From the IMG/VR virus record IMGVR_UViG_2548876869_000012: 34,288 nucleotides of DNA; one strand, given 5' to 3'. How positions within the stretch are numbered: the first letter of the stretch is position 1; each line of letters starts with the position of its first letter. The translations under genes and the position numbers were made by a program. Below, one piece after another: positions 1-8,929 of this stretch. This stretch comes from a virus. Its lineage: Duplodnaviria > Heunggongvirae > Uroviricota > Caudoviricetes. The notes under the pieces were generated by a model. It saw only the letters and a program-made list of their open reading frames with translations, made no database searches and was not told the DNA's origin.

Positions 1-1362
1 ATGTTTAAACCGGAACTCCTTTCCCCGGCGGGAACGCTGAAAAATATGCGTTACGCTTTCGCTTATGGCGCAGATGCTGTTTATGCGGGCCAGCCGCGTT
101 ATTCCCTGCGTGTGCGCAACAACGAATTCAACCACGAAAATCTTCAGCTCGGCATCAATGAAGCCCACGCGCTGGGGAAAAAGTTTTATGTCGTGGTCAA
201 CATTGCACCGCACAACGCCAAGCTGAAAACCTTTATCCGTGACCTGAAACCGGTGGTGGAAATGGGGCCGGATGCGCTGATTATGTCCGATCCAGGGCTG
301 ATTATGCTGGTGCGTGAGCACTTCCCTGAAATGCCGATCCACCTTTCGGTGCAGGCTAACGCCGTGAACTGGGCGACGGTGAAATTCTGGCAGCAAATGG
401 GCCTGACCCGCGTGATCCTCTCTCGCGAGCTGTCGCTGGAAGAGATTGAAGAGATCCGCAATCAGGTGCCGGATATGGAGATCGAGATCTTCGTTCACGG
501 CGCGCTGTGCATGGCCTACTCCGGTCGCTGCCTGCTCTCTGGCTATATCAACAAGCGCGACCCGAACCAGGGCACCTGCACCAACGCCTGCCGCTGGGAG
601 TACAACGTCCAGGAAGGGAAAGAAGATGATGTTGGCAACATCGTACACAAGTACGAGCCGATTCCGGTGCAAAATGTTGAGCCGACGCTGGGTATCGGCG
701 CACCAACCGACAAAGTGTTTATGATCGAAGAGGCCCAGCGTCCGGGCGAGTATATGACCGCGTTTGAAGATGAGCACGGCACTTACATCATGAACTCGAA
801 AGATCTGCGCGCCATCGCCCATGTAGAACGCCTGACCAAAATGGGCGTGCATTCGCTGAAAATCGAAGGTCGTACCAAATCTTTCTACTATTGTGCACGC
901 ACCGCACAGGTTTACCGCAAAGCTATCGATGACGCCGCTGCGGGAAAACCGTTCGATACCAGCCTGCTGGAAACTCTGGAAGGTCTGGCGCATCGTGGCT
1001 ATACCGAAGGTTTCCTGCGTCGTCATACTCACGACGATTATCAGAACTACGAATACGGTTATTCAGTTTCTGACCGCCAGCAGTTTGTTGGTGAGTTTAC
1101 CGGTGAGCGCAAGGGGGACCTCGCGGCGGTAGCGGTGAAAAATAAATTCTCCGTTGGCGACAGCCTTGAGCTGATGACGCCGCAAGGCAACATTAATTTT
1201 ACCCTTGAGCACATGGAAAACGCCAAAGGCGAAGCTATGCCGATAGCACCAGGCGATGGTTATACTGTGTGGCTCCCGGTCCCGCAGGATCTTGAGCTCA
1301 ATTACGCGCTGCTGATGCGTAATTTCTCCGGGGAAACCACGCGTAATCCCCACGGTAAGTGA
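1..1362 (+). CDS. yegQ: U32-family peptidase YegQ (host gene, 453 aa, appears full length)
   Basis: ATG at position 1; translation MFKPELLSPAGTLKNMRYAFAYGADAVYAGQPRYSLRVRNNEF... matches my memory of enterobacterial YegQ; host-like GC-rich composition. Confidence 0.85.
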   Translation: MFKPELLSPAGTLKNMRYAFAYGADAVYAGQPRYSLRVRNNEFNHENLQLGINEAHALGKKFYVVVNIAPHNAKLKTFIRDLKPVVEMGPDALIMSDPGLIMLVREHFPEMPIHLSVQANAVNWATVKFWQQMGLTRVILSRELSLEEIEEIRNQVPDMEIEIFVHGALCMAYSGRCLLSGYINKRDPNQGTCTNACRWEYNVQEGKEDDVGNIVHKYEPIPVQNVEPTLGIGAPTDKVFMIEEAQRPGEYMTAFEDEHGTYIMNSKDLRAIAHVERLTKMGVHSLKIEGRTKSFYYCARTAQVYRKAIDDAAAGKPFDTSLLETLEGLAHRGYTEGFLRRHTHDDYQNYEYGYSVSDRQQFVGEFTGERKGDLAAVAVKNKFSVGDSLELMTPQGNINFTLEHMENAKGEAMPIAPGDGYTVWLPVPQDLELNYALLMRNFSGETTRNPHGK

Positions 1363-1393
1363 TTAATTTCGATTATTTTTCCCGGATGGAAAA

Positions 1394-1415
1394 TTCTTAG
1401 AAACCGATCACATAC
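1394..1415 (+). promoter_or_regulatory. Putative CRP site of the cyaR promoter (TTAGA-N6-TCACA, TCACA at 1408-1412); -10 TATCAT at 1434-1439
   Basis: Half-site TCACA is perfect and the other half is 3/5; site centre about 42 nt upstream of the inferred cyaR 5' end; cyaR is known to be CRP-activated. Confidence 0.35.
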
Positions 1416-1446
1416 AGCTGTATTTATTAAGGTTATCATCCGTTTC

Positions 1447-1533
1447 GCTGAAAAACATAACCCATAAAATGCTAGCTGTACCAGGAACCACCTCCTTAGC
1501 CTGTGTAATCTCCCTTACACGGGCTTATTTTTT
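1447..1533 (+). ncRNA. cyaR: CyaR (RyeE) Hfq-dependent small RNA
   Basis: Sequence GCTGAAAAACATAACCCATAAAATGCTAGCTGTACCAGGAACCACCTCCTTAGCCTGTGTAATCTCCCTTACACGGGCTTATTTTTT matches the E. coli CyaR sequence as I remember it, including the anti-SD loop CCACCTCCTTA and the terminator hairpin plus T-run; lies directly downstream of yegQ as in E. coli. Confidence 0.8.
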
Positions 1534-1534
1534 A
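1507..1534. repeat. attR core: 28-bp direct repeat AATCTCCCTTACACGGGCTTATTTTTTA at the ogr-proximal prophage junction, overlapping the cyaR 3' end
   Basis: Identical 28-mer recurs at 33786-33813 just beyond int; the two copies bracket a complete P2-like gene set. Confidence 0.8.
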
Positions 1535-1597
1535 CGCGTAATACAATGAAATAAAAGGATTTATTTCTGGTCACGTCCACACATTGACCACATCGAC

Positions 1598-1621
1598 AAA
1601 AAAGCCCCTCGACTGAGGGGC
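1598..1621 (-). terminator. Rho-independent terminator downstream of ogr
   Basis: GC-rich hairpin GCCCCTC-GACT-GAGGGGC (1604-1621) preceded on the plus strand by an A-run (1598-1603), i.e. a T-run after the hairpin on the minus strand. Confidence 0.5.
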
Positions 1622-1634
1622 TTCCTGTTTGTAA

Positions 1635-1853
1635 TTACATCCACATAATTTGCTGCCCTGACGGCAACGGGTGCGGTCTTACGGCGTGGACTTCTCCCGG
1701 CTTCACGATGTATCGCTGTACCGACTCATAAGTGATGAACGTGGCGCTGCAATTCACGTTCTGACACTGGTGATAACGCTCTTTTGTCGTGTCAGTGATA
1801 TAGCGGCTTGTACGCGCATGTGCGGCATGCTGGCATAAAGGACAATGAAACAT
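1635..1853 (-). CDS. ogr: Ogr, zinc-finger late-gene transcription activator (72 aa)
   Basis: Translation MFHCPLCQHAAHARTSRYITDTTKERYHQCQNVNCSATF... with Cys4 motif; ATG at 1851-1853 preceded by a purine-rich RBS; the track ORF extends to a TTG at 1916 but the 72-aa form matches P2 Ogr length. Confidence 0.9.
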   Translation of the reverse strand: MFHCPLCQHAAHARTSRYITDTTKERYHQCQNVNCSATFITYESVQRYIVKPGEVHAVRPHPLPSGQQIMWM

Positions 1854-1934
1854 CGCGAGCACCTCTTCCGGTTTTGTTGATGGTGCCATTTTAGTTAATT
1901 TATCCTTATAAAACAAACAGATAAAATAAAAACA

Positions 1935-3098
1935 TCACTCATCATCTTCTGTTTCGTACTCCACATCAGAAAGCCTGACCTCAAGCTCTAAGGACGTCGT
2001 GAAGCCGCTATTATTCAGAAAATGTGTCACCTTAGTGATTGTCCAGTCCTGCTCGTCTATGACGCGCTTAAAGCCTGACACTTTAACCGGTGTTTCCGTG
2101 TAAATATCAGCCCGACCGGTAGCCAGGCTGATGGAGAACTCCGCAACGCCCCGTTGCAGTTTATCCCACTTCGCCTGAGCGGCGCGCATGGCCTGCGCTT
2201 TCGTGGCATATACCGTGGTCAGGGCAAAAACATTGTCAGCCTCACCTGCCATGTATTCACCTTCGCGCGCTTCCGGTACTTTTGGCGCTTTCTTCTGCGT
2301 GACCGGTTTCGCTTTCGGGTGCTCCAGTGCGCGCAGGTGTTTCTCTTTCTTTTTGCGTTTCAGTTTTACCTTCTGCTTTTGCGGCTTCGGGTCTTTGGTG
2401 TGTAACCACTTTGCCGTTACGCCGGTGTAGGCTCCACGGTCAGCAATCGCAAAATGATGGCGGTCACCGTCGCTGCGGGTGATGGTGACCTGCGGGATTT
2501 TTTTACCGCTGGCCGTCACCCCCTGCCCCGCTTTGAGAAACAGCAGTTTTCCCATTTTTACCGACACCTCACCGCCGTTGCGTTCTGCAAGACGGGTCAG
2601 AAATTTCGCATCAGACTCCTGCGACTGGTCGATGTGCGGGATTTTAATTCCGGCCAGTGACGGAGCGACACTGGCTTCCAGCCTGTTACGGGAGGCTATC
2701 GCCTCAACAATCGCACCGAGCGTGGTGTCATGCCATGAGCCTTCACGGCGGGAATTGAGCGTCCCGCGAAAATCTGCACTCCGGGCGCGGATGGTGACCA
2801 CATCCGGTGCGCCCCGGTGTTCAACCTCATCAACGGTAAATTTCCCTTTGCATACCAGGGCAAAACCTTTCCAGCCGATATACACCGTCAGGACAGCGCC
2901 ACGAATCGGTAGTCCGACCTGCCCGTCGGCATCGTTCAGTTCAATATCAAGCTGGTCAGCCTCAAAGCCCCGGTTATCCGTCAGGGTCATGCTCATCAGA
3001 CGGTCGCTGATATTGCCGGTAATATCCCTGCTGTCGAGCATCAGCATGTAATCCGGCGTCAGCGTACTGCCTGCATCAAATGTCAGTGCATCCAGCAT
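1935..3098 (-). CDS. D: Tail protein D (late control D, 387 aa)
   Basis: Length and position after ogr match P2 gpD; start overlaps the U stop. Confidence 0.9.
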   Translation of the reverse strand: MLDALTFDAGSTLTPDYMLMLDSRDITGNISDRLMSMTLTDNRGFEADQLDIELNDADGQVGLPIRGAVLTVYIGWKGFALVCKGKFTVDEVEHRGAPDVVTIRARSADFRGTLNSRREGSWHDTTLGAIVEAIASRNRLEASVAPSLAGIKIPHIDQSQESDAKFLTRLAERNGGEVSVKMGKLLFLKAGQGVTASGKKIPQVTITRSDGDRHHFAIADRGAYTGVTAKWLHTKDPKPQKQKVKLKRKKKEKHLRALEHPKAKPVTQKKAPKVPEAREGEYMAGEADNVFALTTVYATKAQAMRAAQAKWDKLQRGVAEFSISLATGRADIYTETPVKVSGFKRVIDEQDWTITKVTHFLNNSGFTTSLELEVRLSDVEYETEDDE

Positions 3099-3577
3099 TA
3101 TCCCGCCCCCGTCATACCCGTGAATTTAGTCGCCATACTGCCAGCCTTACCGATGAGCGATTCCGCCTGTTTACCGATATCGCCATAAAGCGCGGCCAGT
3201 GATTCATCAACGCGGGTGAGCGACAGCGTAAAATCAATTTTCCGGGGTGTGCCGTCTGCAAAGAAAATACTCCCTGTTTCACTCACCTTGCTGATGACAT
3301 ACATGCCGTAAATCATGCCGGTGCCATCCAGCAACGGCCACGCCCGCCCCTCCTCTGCCATCAGCCTGAGCGTGGTCATCGTCAGCTTGCCGCCGGTCAG
3401 TTCGGGATAAAGCACACCGGCAAGCGTGATGTTTTCCTCACCCACACCGAGAAACTGAAAAGCGTCCCGTTTACCGATACGGGAATTTGACGGCCAGCGA
3501 TAATCTGATTCACGCTGCATGGTCTGGTGTGGCAGCGTCTGGCGCATAAAAACAAACATACCTAACGCGAGCATCAT
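3098..3577 (-). CDS. U: Tail protein U (159 aa)
   Basis: P2 synteny and length. Confidence 0.85.
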   Translation of the reverse strand: MMLALGMFVFMRQTLPHQTMQRESDYRWPSNSRIGKRDAFQFLGVGEENITLAGVLYPELTGGKLTMTTLRLMAEEGRAWPLLDGTGMIYGMYVISKVSETGSIFFADGTPRKIDFTLSLTRVDESLAALYGDIGKQAESLIGKAGSMATKFTGMTGAG

Positions 3578-3591
3578 TTTTCGTCACCTCC

Positions 3592-6039
3592 TTAACCGTC
3601 ATGCATCATGCTGGCACGGGCGCGCGCACGTTTATCCCGCTCGTATTTTTCGAGCGCATCCTGTAACTGGCGGTCGAGCTGTGTCCCCGGCGCAGTACCA
3701 CCCGTCAGGCTGATGTGATATTCGTTTTTACTCTGGTCTACATAAGAGCGGCCAGCCGGTGCCGTGACCGGCTGATAAGCCTGATAACCTGCATAAGAGC
3801 TGGTCGCCGGAATATAACCACCGCTGCCATACGTGGCGGCTTGAGTTCTGGCGGCGGTCTGGTCAAGTGTGTCTGACTCTTTGTTGATAACACCGAGTTT
3901 TTCCAGTACCCAGTCAATACCACTGCGCAGTTTGTTGAACGCATTAAGCGGCAGCATCAGCGCGTCAGCCAGTGCCTGCCCGAACATAACGCCCGTGTCA
4001 CGGCAACGGTTCAGGGTGTCCCGGGTGGCTTTGACCGGGGCAATCAGGTTTTTAAACCACTGCCACGCGGCCTGTAACTTTTCACCCAGCCAGTCAAACA
4101 CCGGTTTAAGTGGCGTGAACAGTTCCCCCACCGGCGCAAATGCCGCTTTCAGCCCTTCCACCACACCGCCAAAGAATGCGCTGACAGGCTCCCAGTATTT
4201 ACGGATAAGCAACGCCCCGGCGACAATGGCGGCCACCACGGCCACAACCGGCCAGCTAATCGCCCCGATGGCGGTTATAACAGCACTGCCAACCGTCGTG
4301 AAGATTGCCCCCATTGCGCCTGCTGCCGCGATGATGGCATTGATGCCGGTGATAACCGGCCAGGCTACGAGGCCAATGGCACCGATGACACCAGTCAGTG
4401 CCAGTGCACCACCGACAATGATGCCGATGGTTGACGCCAGTGATTTGTTTTTCTGGATCCAGCCGTCGAGTTTTAACACATACTTTGTGGCCGTCTGCGT
4501 GAGATTACGCAGTGCGCCTTCCTGCTGGTCAAACAGGTCAGTCCCCACCGCCTCATAAGCGGACTGAAACTCCTTAAAGTCACCGCCGAGGTTGTCCTGC
4601 ATGATATTTACCAGCTCTGCGGTCTTCCCGTCTGAGGCTTTAAACGCAGCGGTCAGTTTGTCCAGCTTTCCGGTTGAGGCGGCAGTCATCAGCACAGCGG
4701 CGGCTGAGCTGGCCTCCTCCCCGAAAATGGTTTTCATGTATTCAGCCTGCTGGGCAGTACCGAGCCGGTTTTTCTCAAAACTGGCCTGCATTTCTTTCAG
4801 AATGGTAAATATTGGCCGGGTGTTTCCCTTGCTGTCTGAGGTTTCCACTCCAAGCTCTTTGAGTGCATCCCATGCTTTTCCCGTCGGTGCCTGCAGGCGG
4901 CTTAACACGGCACGGCTTCCCGTCCCCGCCATTGAGCCTGTGATTTTTGCATCATGCAGCGCCCCGACCATTGCGGCGGTTTCTTCAATGCTGACACCGG
5001 CATTTTTTGCCACAGGTGCGGCATAGGTCAGCGCATCGCTCATGCCGTCAAAATCGGCGGCGGTTTTGTTCATCGTCATGGAGAGAACATCCCCGATATG
5101 AGCGACCTTATCGTTTGAAAGCTGAAAGGCGGATTTCATCCCCATCAGCAGGGCGGCGTTTTCTTCCATCGTGCGGCGGTTCGCCAGCGCCATATTCAGC
5201 GTGACCGGCGTTGCCGCCTGAATGGCATCAACATCCCCACCGGCTTTCGCAATGATAATCTGTGCACCGGCTGCATCATCTGCCGAGGCTGCGGTGTTGT
5301 CGCCGAGCTGGCGCGCCTGCTTGCGGAGTGCGGTCATTTCGGCGGAGTCTTTTGCCACTCCCAGCACAGCCTGCAATTCTGAGTTTTTCTGCGCAAACTC
5401 ATAACCGGGCATCAGCAGCTTAACTCCGGCCATCGTTCCCGCAGCAGCAATCCCCACACCGGCAGCGCCCACCGAGACCATATTTCCGGCCAGCTCCTTT
5501 CCGGCCTGATAACGCTGTTTGACTGCGTTAAGTTTTGCCTGTTGCGCACTGACACGCGCCAGCGCGTCGCGCTGACGGTTAAGCTGTGCGGTGGTTTCAC
5601 TGATACGGTTTTTCAGTCCCTGCTCATCATGTGCAAGATTGCGGGTATTAATTCCCACAGCGGCCAGTTCCCGCTGCTGGCGTTTAACGGAATCCGTCAG
5701 GCGGTTATATTTCGCCTGTAAGTCCTCCGCCGCACGCTTTGCGGATTCCAGCACTTTCGCCTGAGCACGGGTCGGACGTTCGGTGTTTTTAAACTGTGTG
5801 GCAAGGGCTTCTGCTTCCTGCCGAGCCTTTTCAAGTGCATGACCAGTCACGGCGAGCTGTGCACTGGTCTTGCGGAATCCCTCAATACGGGATGCGTGAC
5901 CGTTCAGCTCGCGCAGTGATTTTTGTGTTTCCCGGATATCCCCCGACAGCGACTTGCTCGCTGTGCGGATGGATTTAAACGGACGGGATGCCTGGTCAAC
6001 AGCCCTGAGCAATACCTGTAATTTTACATTGTTACTCAT
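3592..6039 (-). CDS. T: Tail tape-measure protein T (815 aa)
   Basis: Long Ala/Gly-rich protein with coiled-coil N-terminal region and a hydrophobic central segment; size and position match P2 gpT. Confidence 0.9.
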   Translation of the reverse strand: MSNNVKLQVLLRAVDQASRPFKSIRTASKSLSGDIRETQKSLRELNGHASRIEGFRKTSAQLAVTGHALEKARQEAEALATQFKNTERPTRAQAKVLESAKRAAEDLQAKYNRLTDSVKRQQRELAAVGINTRNLAHDEQGLKNRISETTAQLNRQRDALARVSAQQAKLNAVKQRYQAGKELAGNMVSVGAAGVGIAAAGTMAGVKLLMPGYEFAQKNSELQAVLGVAKDSAEMTALRKQARQLGDNTAASADDAAGAQIIIAKAGGDVDAIQAATPVTLNMALANRRTMEENAALLMGMKSAFQLSNDKVAHIGDVLSMTMNKTAADFDGMSDALTYAAPVAKNAGVSIEETAAMVGALHDAKITGSMAGTGSRAVLSRLQAPTGKAWDALKELGVETSDSKGNTRPIFTILKEMQASFEKNRLGTAQQAEYMKTIFGEEASSAAAVLMTAASTGKLDKLTAAFKASDGKTAELVNIMQDNLGGDFKEFQSAYEAVGTDLFDQQEGALRNLTQTATKYVLKLDGWIQKNKSLASTIGIIVGGALALTGVIGAIGLVAWPVITGINAIIAAAGAMGAIFTTVGSAVITAIGAISWPVVAVVAAIVAGALLIRKYWEPVSAFFGGVVEGLKAAFAPVGELFTPLKPVFDWLGEKLQAAWQWFKNLIAPVKATRDTLNRCRDTGVMFGQALADALMLPLNAFNKLRSGIDWVLEKLGVINKESDTLDQTAARTQAATYGSGGYIPATSSYAGYQAYQPVTAPAGRSYVDQSKNEYHISLTGGTAPGTQLDRQLQDALEKYERDKRARARASMMHDG

Positions 6040-6459
6040 TCGTGTTTCCGCTTCGCCGGAGCGCCTTTTCGCGCCATGTGATGAGTTCGGTCAGGCTCAT
6101 GGGATACAGTTCTGATGGCGGCCAGTGAAATATCACTGCCACATCCGCCATCAGGTCATCGACCGAGAGATTTTTCGGAAACGTCACTGCACCGAGTTCG
6201 GCGACAAAAAACCGACCACCTTACCGGCCAGCGCCACAAGGTCAGGCAGTTCCAGCGCGGCGACCTCCTGCTCGGTCAGCATCGGTGCCGTCATGCGCGG
6301 CAGCACTTTAATCAGTGCATCGACTTCGGAGTTTGCGACCGCAGCCAGACTGACACCGCGCAGCGTCCCGGCATTGGGTTTCATCAGCGTGACCTGTTCG
6401 ATAACCTGTTCACCACGTTTAACCGGATTATCCAGGGTAATGACGTTTTCTTTGTTCAT
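6032..6459 (-). CDS. E+E': E+E' frameshift-extended tail chaperone (142 aa via -1 programmed frameshift at 6205-6211)
   Basis: Hand translation of the -1 frame after the T-TTT-TTG heptamer runs open to a TAA at 6032-6034, giving exactly 142 aa as for P2 E+E' and overlapping the T start. Confidence 0.8.
6184..6459 (-). CDS. E: Tail assembly chaperone E (91 aa)
   Basis: P2 synteny and length; ends GFLSPNSVQ just after a TTTTTTG slippery site. Confidence 0.9.
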   Translation of the reverse strand: MNKENVITLDNPVKRGEQVIEQVTLMKPNAGTLRGVSLAAVANSEVDALIKVLPRMTAPMLTEQEVAALELPDLVALAGKVVGFLSPNSVQ

Positions 6460-6515
6460 GGTTTTCTCACTTCTGAATCGGGGTTAACCGGTCAGCCAGG
6501 CTGACCGGATGAAAA

Positions 6516-7034
6516 TCACAGGCCGATATTCCGGCGGTGTTGCTCCAGCCTGTCGACGCCGTTCACCTTCTCAATCATGTTGATGGTGTCGATTTCGACC
6601 AGCTCCTTACCGTCCATCGTCAGCCGGAAATAGGTGCAGACCACGGAGATTTTCGACTCGGTGTCTTCTCCCTGTTTACCCTCGCCGGTGTCGATTTCTT
6701 TCTGACGGCCACGCATGACCACCTCGACGGCCACCGTTTCGCCGGTATCGTCGCGCTGGTAAGAGCCTGCAAAACGAATCGGTACGGCATCCACACCGGT
6801 TGCGGCGTAAAGCTCCCAGATAACCGAATCCGGGAAGCCCCCGAGCGACCACTCCATTGACAGCGCATCGTCATCAAGGCCGAGGTCTACCGGTGCGCTG
6901 CCGTTCATCCCCGCACCGCGATAGTTTTCGAGCTTACGGGTCAGTTTTGGCAGCGTGACGGACTTTGCAACGCCCTGATAGCTGTAGCCGTTCAGAAAGA
7001 CGTTCATTAACTTGAGTTTGCGCGGCATTGCCAT
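6516..7034 (-). CDS. FII: Tail tube protein FII (172 aa)
   Basis: P2 synteny and length. Confidence 0.9.
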   Translation of the reverse strand: MAMPRKLKLMNVFLNGYSYQGVAKSVTLPKLTRKLENYRGAGMNGSAPVDLGLDDDALSMEWSLGGFPDSVIWELYAATGVDAVPIRFAGSYQRDDTGETVAVEVVMRGRQKEIDTGEGKQGEDTESKISVVCTYFRLTMDGKELVEIDTINMIEKVNGVDRLEQHRRNIGL

Positions 7035-7046
7035 CGGTCAGGCTCC

Positions 7047-8237
7047 TTAATTGCTGTTAACCGAGGTGACCAGATTTGCCAGGTATTTATCGGTAATACG
7101 CTGGCGCAGGGTCAGGTTTTCAAGAGGAGGCACCGGGGTATAGTCGTAGTCGATATACAGTTTTCCGGCCTTGAGGGTTTCCGCATCGTTGGATTCTTCG
7201 CTGAACCAGCAGGTCGCATCCACGATATAGCCGTTTGTTTTCAGCTCACGGAATTTGGCATTGATGCCGTCAACGATGTCGCGAATCAGCGTTGCGGTGA
7301 TGGGCTTGTCCACCGCCCACATGTGCGCCTCAGCCATCGTGTCGGCTAGCACCTGCGCGGTGCGGGTGTAGTTTTCAAAGAGGAACAGCGGGTCATCAGA
7401 GCAGGTACGGTTACCCCAGAAGCGGAAACCGTCACGGCGAATCAGCGTTGTGACACCTGACTCGTTCAGCAGGTCAGCATCGGTGCCGGACTCCTGCAAA
7501 TCCCAGAATACAGATGCGCTGATGCCGGTAACACCGTTCACCCCGACATTGGACAGCGTTTTATGCCAGCCCTGCTCCTGGTCGATTTTAGCGCGCAGGC
7601 CCAGTGCACGGGCAGTGGCATACGCGGTGGCGGTGGTACTGGTGACCGTATCCCATGCGAGGAAATCCGGCCAGATGACCATCAGCTCACGCTGGCTGAA
7701 ATTCTGGCGGTAAGCTTTCACCTCGGAAACGGTCTTACAGCCCCATGCGCTGATATACCCGAAAGCGCGCAGCTTCTGACAGACTGATGCCAGTGCAACA
7801 GCCACCTCTTTGGTGTCCAGTCCCGGCACGCCGAGAATACGCGGTTTAACACCGGTTACCGACTCCGCCGCCAGCAGGGCTTTCAGTCCGGTGTACTGAC
7901 CGTTTTCGTCGGTGGTGCCGATGATATTGGAAACGGTCTGCGCGAGTTTCGTTTCCTCGTCGTCGCCGGTGCCGTCTTCCACACGCACGACAACGGTGAC
8001 CGGTTTTGACTGGTCGGCGATGGCCTGCAACGATGCCGCCAGCGTGCCTTTTTTACCGGCCTTTGCAATTGCGCTCTGCACATTGGTAATCAGCACCGGT
8101 TTATTGAGGGGGAAGGTTTCCGCATCCGCATCGCTGGCCGTGCAGACCATGCCGACAATGGCAGTGGATACGGTGGAAATGACGCGGGTGCCGTCGTTAA
8201 TCTCCAGCACCTGCACGCCGTGATGATAGTCACTCAT
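7047..8237 (-). CDS. FI: Contractile tail sheath protein FI (396 aa)
   Basis: P2 synteny and length. Confidence 0.9.
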   Translation of the reverse strand: MSDYHHGVQVLEINDGTRVISTVSTAIVGMVCTASDADAETFPLNKPVLITNVQSAIAKAGKKGTLAASLQAIADQSKPVTVVVRVEDGTGDDEETKLAQTVSNIIGTTDENGQYTGLKALLAAESVTGVKPRILGVPGLDTKEVAVALASVCQKLRAFGYISAWGCKTVSEVKAYRQNFSQRELMVIWPDFLAWDTVTSTTATAYATARALGLRAKIDQEQGWHKTLSNVGVNGVTGISASVFWDLQESGTDADLLNESGVTTLIRRDGFRFWGNRTCSDDPLFLFENYTRTAQVLADTMAEAHMWAVDKPITATLIRDIVDGINAKFRELKTNGYIVDATCWFSEESNDAETLKAGKLYIDYDYTPVPPLENLTLRQRITDKYLANLVTSVNSN

Positions 8238-8330
8238 CCGTTTAACTCCGTGGTTAATGGGTGCAACTATTTTCTGTTGGGCAGTGCATGAGACGCTATT
8301 TGACCTGGCTGGTCAGTGGATGAAACAACA

Positions 8331-8359
8331 GATAAAGAAAATGCGGGCAATTCGCCCGC
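8331..8359 (-). terminator. Putative intrinsic terminator (minus strand) insulating the F operon promoter region from read-through
   Basis: Hairpin GCGGGC-AATTC-GCCCGC (8343-8359) followed on the minus strand by a T-rich tract (plus-strand GATAAAGAAAAT, 8331-8342). Confidence 0.4.
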
Positions 8360-8576
8360 ATGTCCTGATTTGTACACACTCATTTTCCGACTGACAGTTT
8401 ACATAGCCCAAACGCTATCAAATCTGACAGCCTGCTATGAGCGAAAAGCGTTAAATCTCACGATATCTGCTACCGGGAAAAATTTCGATTATCTTCGATG
8501 GGAACTTTGATAATGTAGTAAATGCCATTTTCAGCGATCACTTTTCAAGCGTGTGTAAATGATTAATGTTAAAAAA

Positions 8577-8606
8577 TTGACTTCACTGAAATAAGGTTGC
8601 TAGTAT
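8577..8606 (+). promoter_or_regulatory. Putative sigma70 promoter for the Z/fun-locus cargo operon (-35 TTGACT 8577-8582, 18-nt spacer, -10 TAGTAT 8601-8606)
   Basis: Sequence match by eye; followed by RBS AAGGA (8636-8640) and the ATG at 8648. Confidence 0.35.
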
Positions 8607-8647
8607 TTTTGGAGCAACCATTAATGTTTTTTATTTAAGGAATGTAA

Positions 8648-8929
8648 ATGACATACGCACTGATTGATAATTCAACTCTAACTGCAGTCCAAAGAATCGA
8701 GGGGAAAGTAAAAACAAGATCGAAGGACTCAGTAGATACAGACATAATAGCATTTGAGAACTATATACAGTCTATTTTGTTCTATGATCACGTTATCGCG
8801 GTTGATGATTATATTCCAGAGTACCGTGGGAGTAGGATTTCAAGTTTCAGAGAGATATTATTTCTTGATAAAGCACAATATGGGTTGGATGAAATTGAAA
8901 GTGAAGCAAAAAAATATCTGATGCATTGA
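8648..8929 (+). CDS. Hypothetical protein (93 aa), first ORF of the cargo module at the Z/fun locus
   Basis: ATG with RBS AAGGA; AT-rich; opposite strand to the flanking late operons; no motif I recognise. Confidence 0.55.
   Translation: MTYALIDNSTLTAVQRIEGKVKTRSKDSVDTDIIAFENYIQSILFYDHVIAVDDYIPEYRGSRISSFREILFLDKAQYGLDEIESEAKKYLMH

Noticed and set aside
1447-1534. Integration target considered as a tRNA or tmRNA gene, the usual target for many integrases
   Set aside because: No cloverleaf-compatible sequence; the region matches the CyaR sRNA instead
1635-1916. Longer N-terminally extended ORF-track forms of ogr, X, L, O, P, A, orf78, orf80 and orf81
   Set aside because: The extensions begin at TTG/GTG or upstream ATG codons inside neighbouring genes; the shorter starts have better RBSs and reproduce the P2 protein lengths
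2479-3051. 190-aa plus-strand ORF antisense to gene D (and similar antisense ORFs at 3869-4558, 4592-5026, 13341-13952, 21911-22621, 22700-23038, 23135-23584)
   Set aside because: Shadow ORFs inside GC-rich conserved phage genes; no RBS, low-complexity Ser/Ala/Arg-rich translations, and the opposite strand is fully accounted for by P2 homologues
8316-8510. 64-aa plus-strand ORF upstream of the Z/fun-locus operon
   Set aside because: GTG start with no RBS, and it spans the terminator hairpin and promoter region
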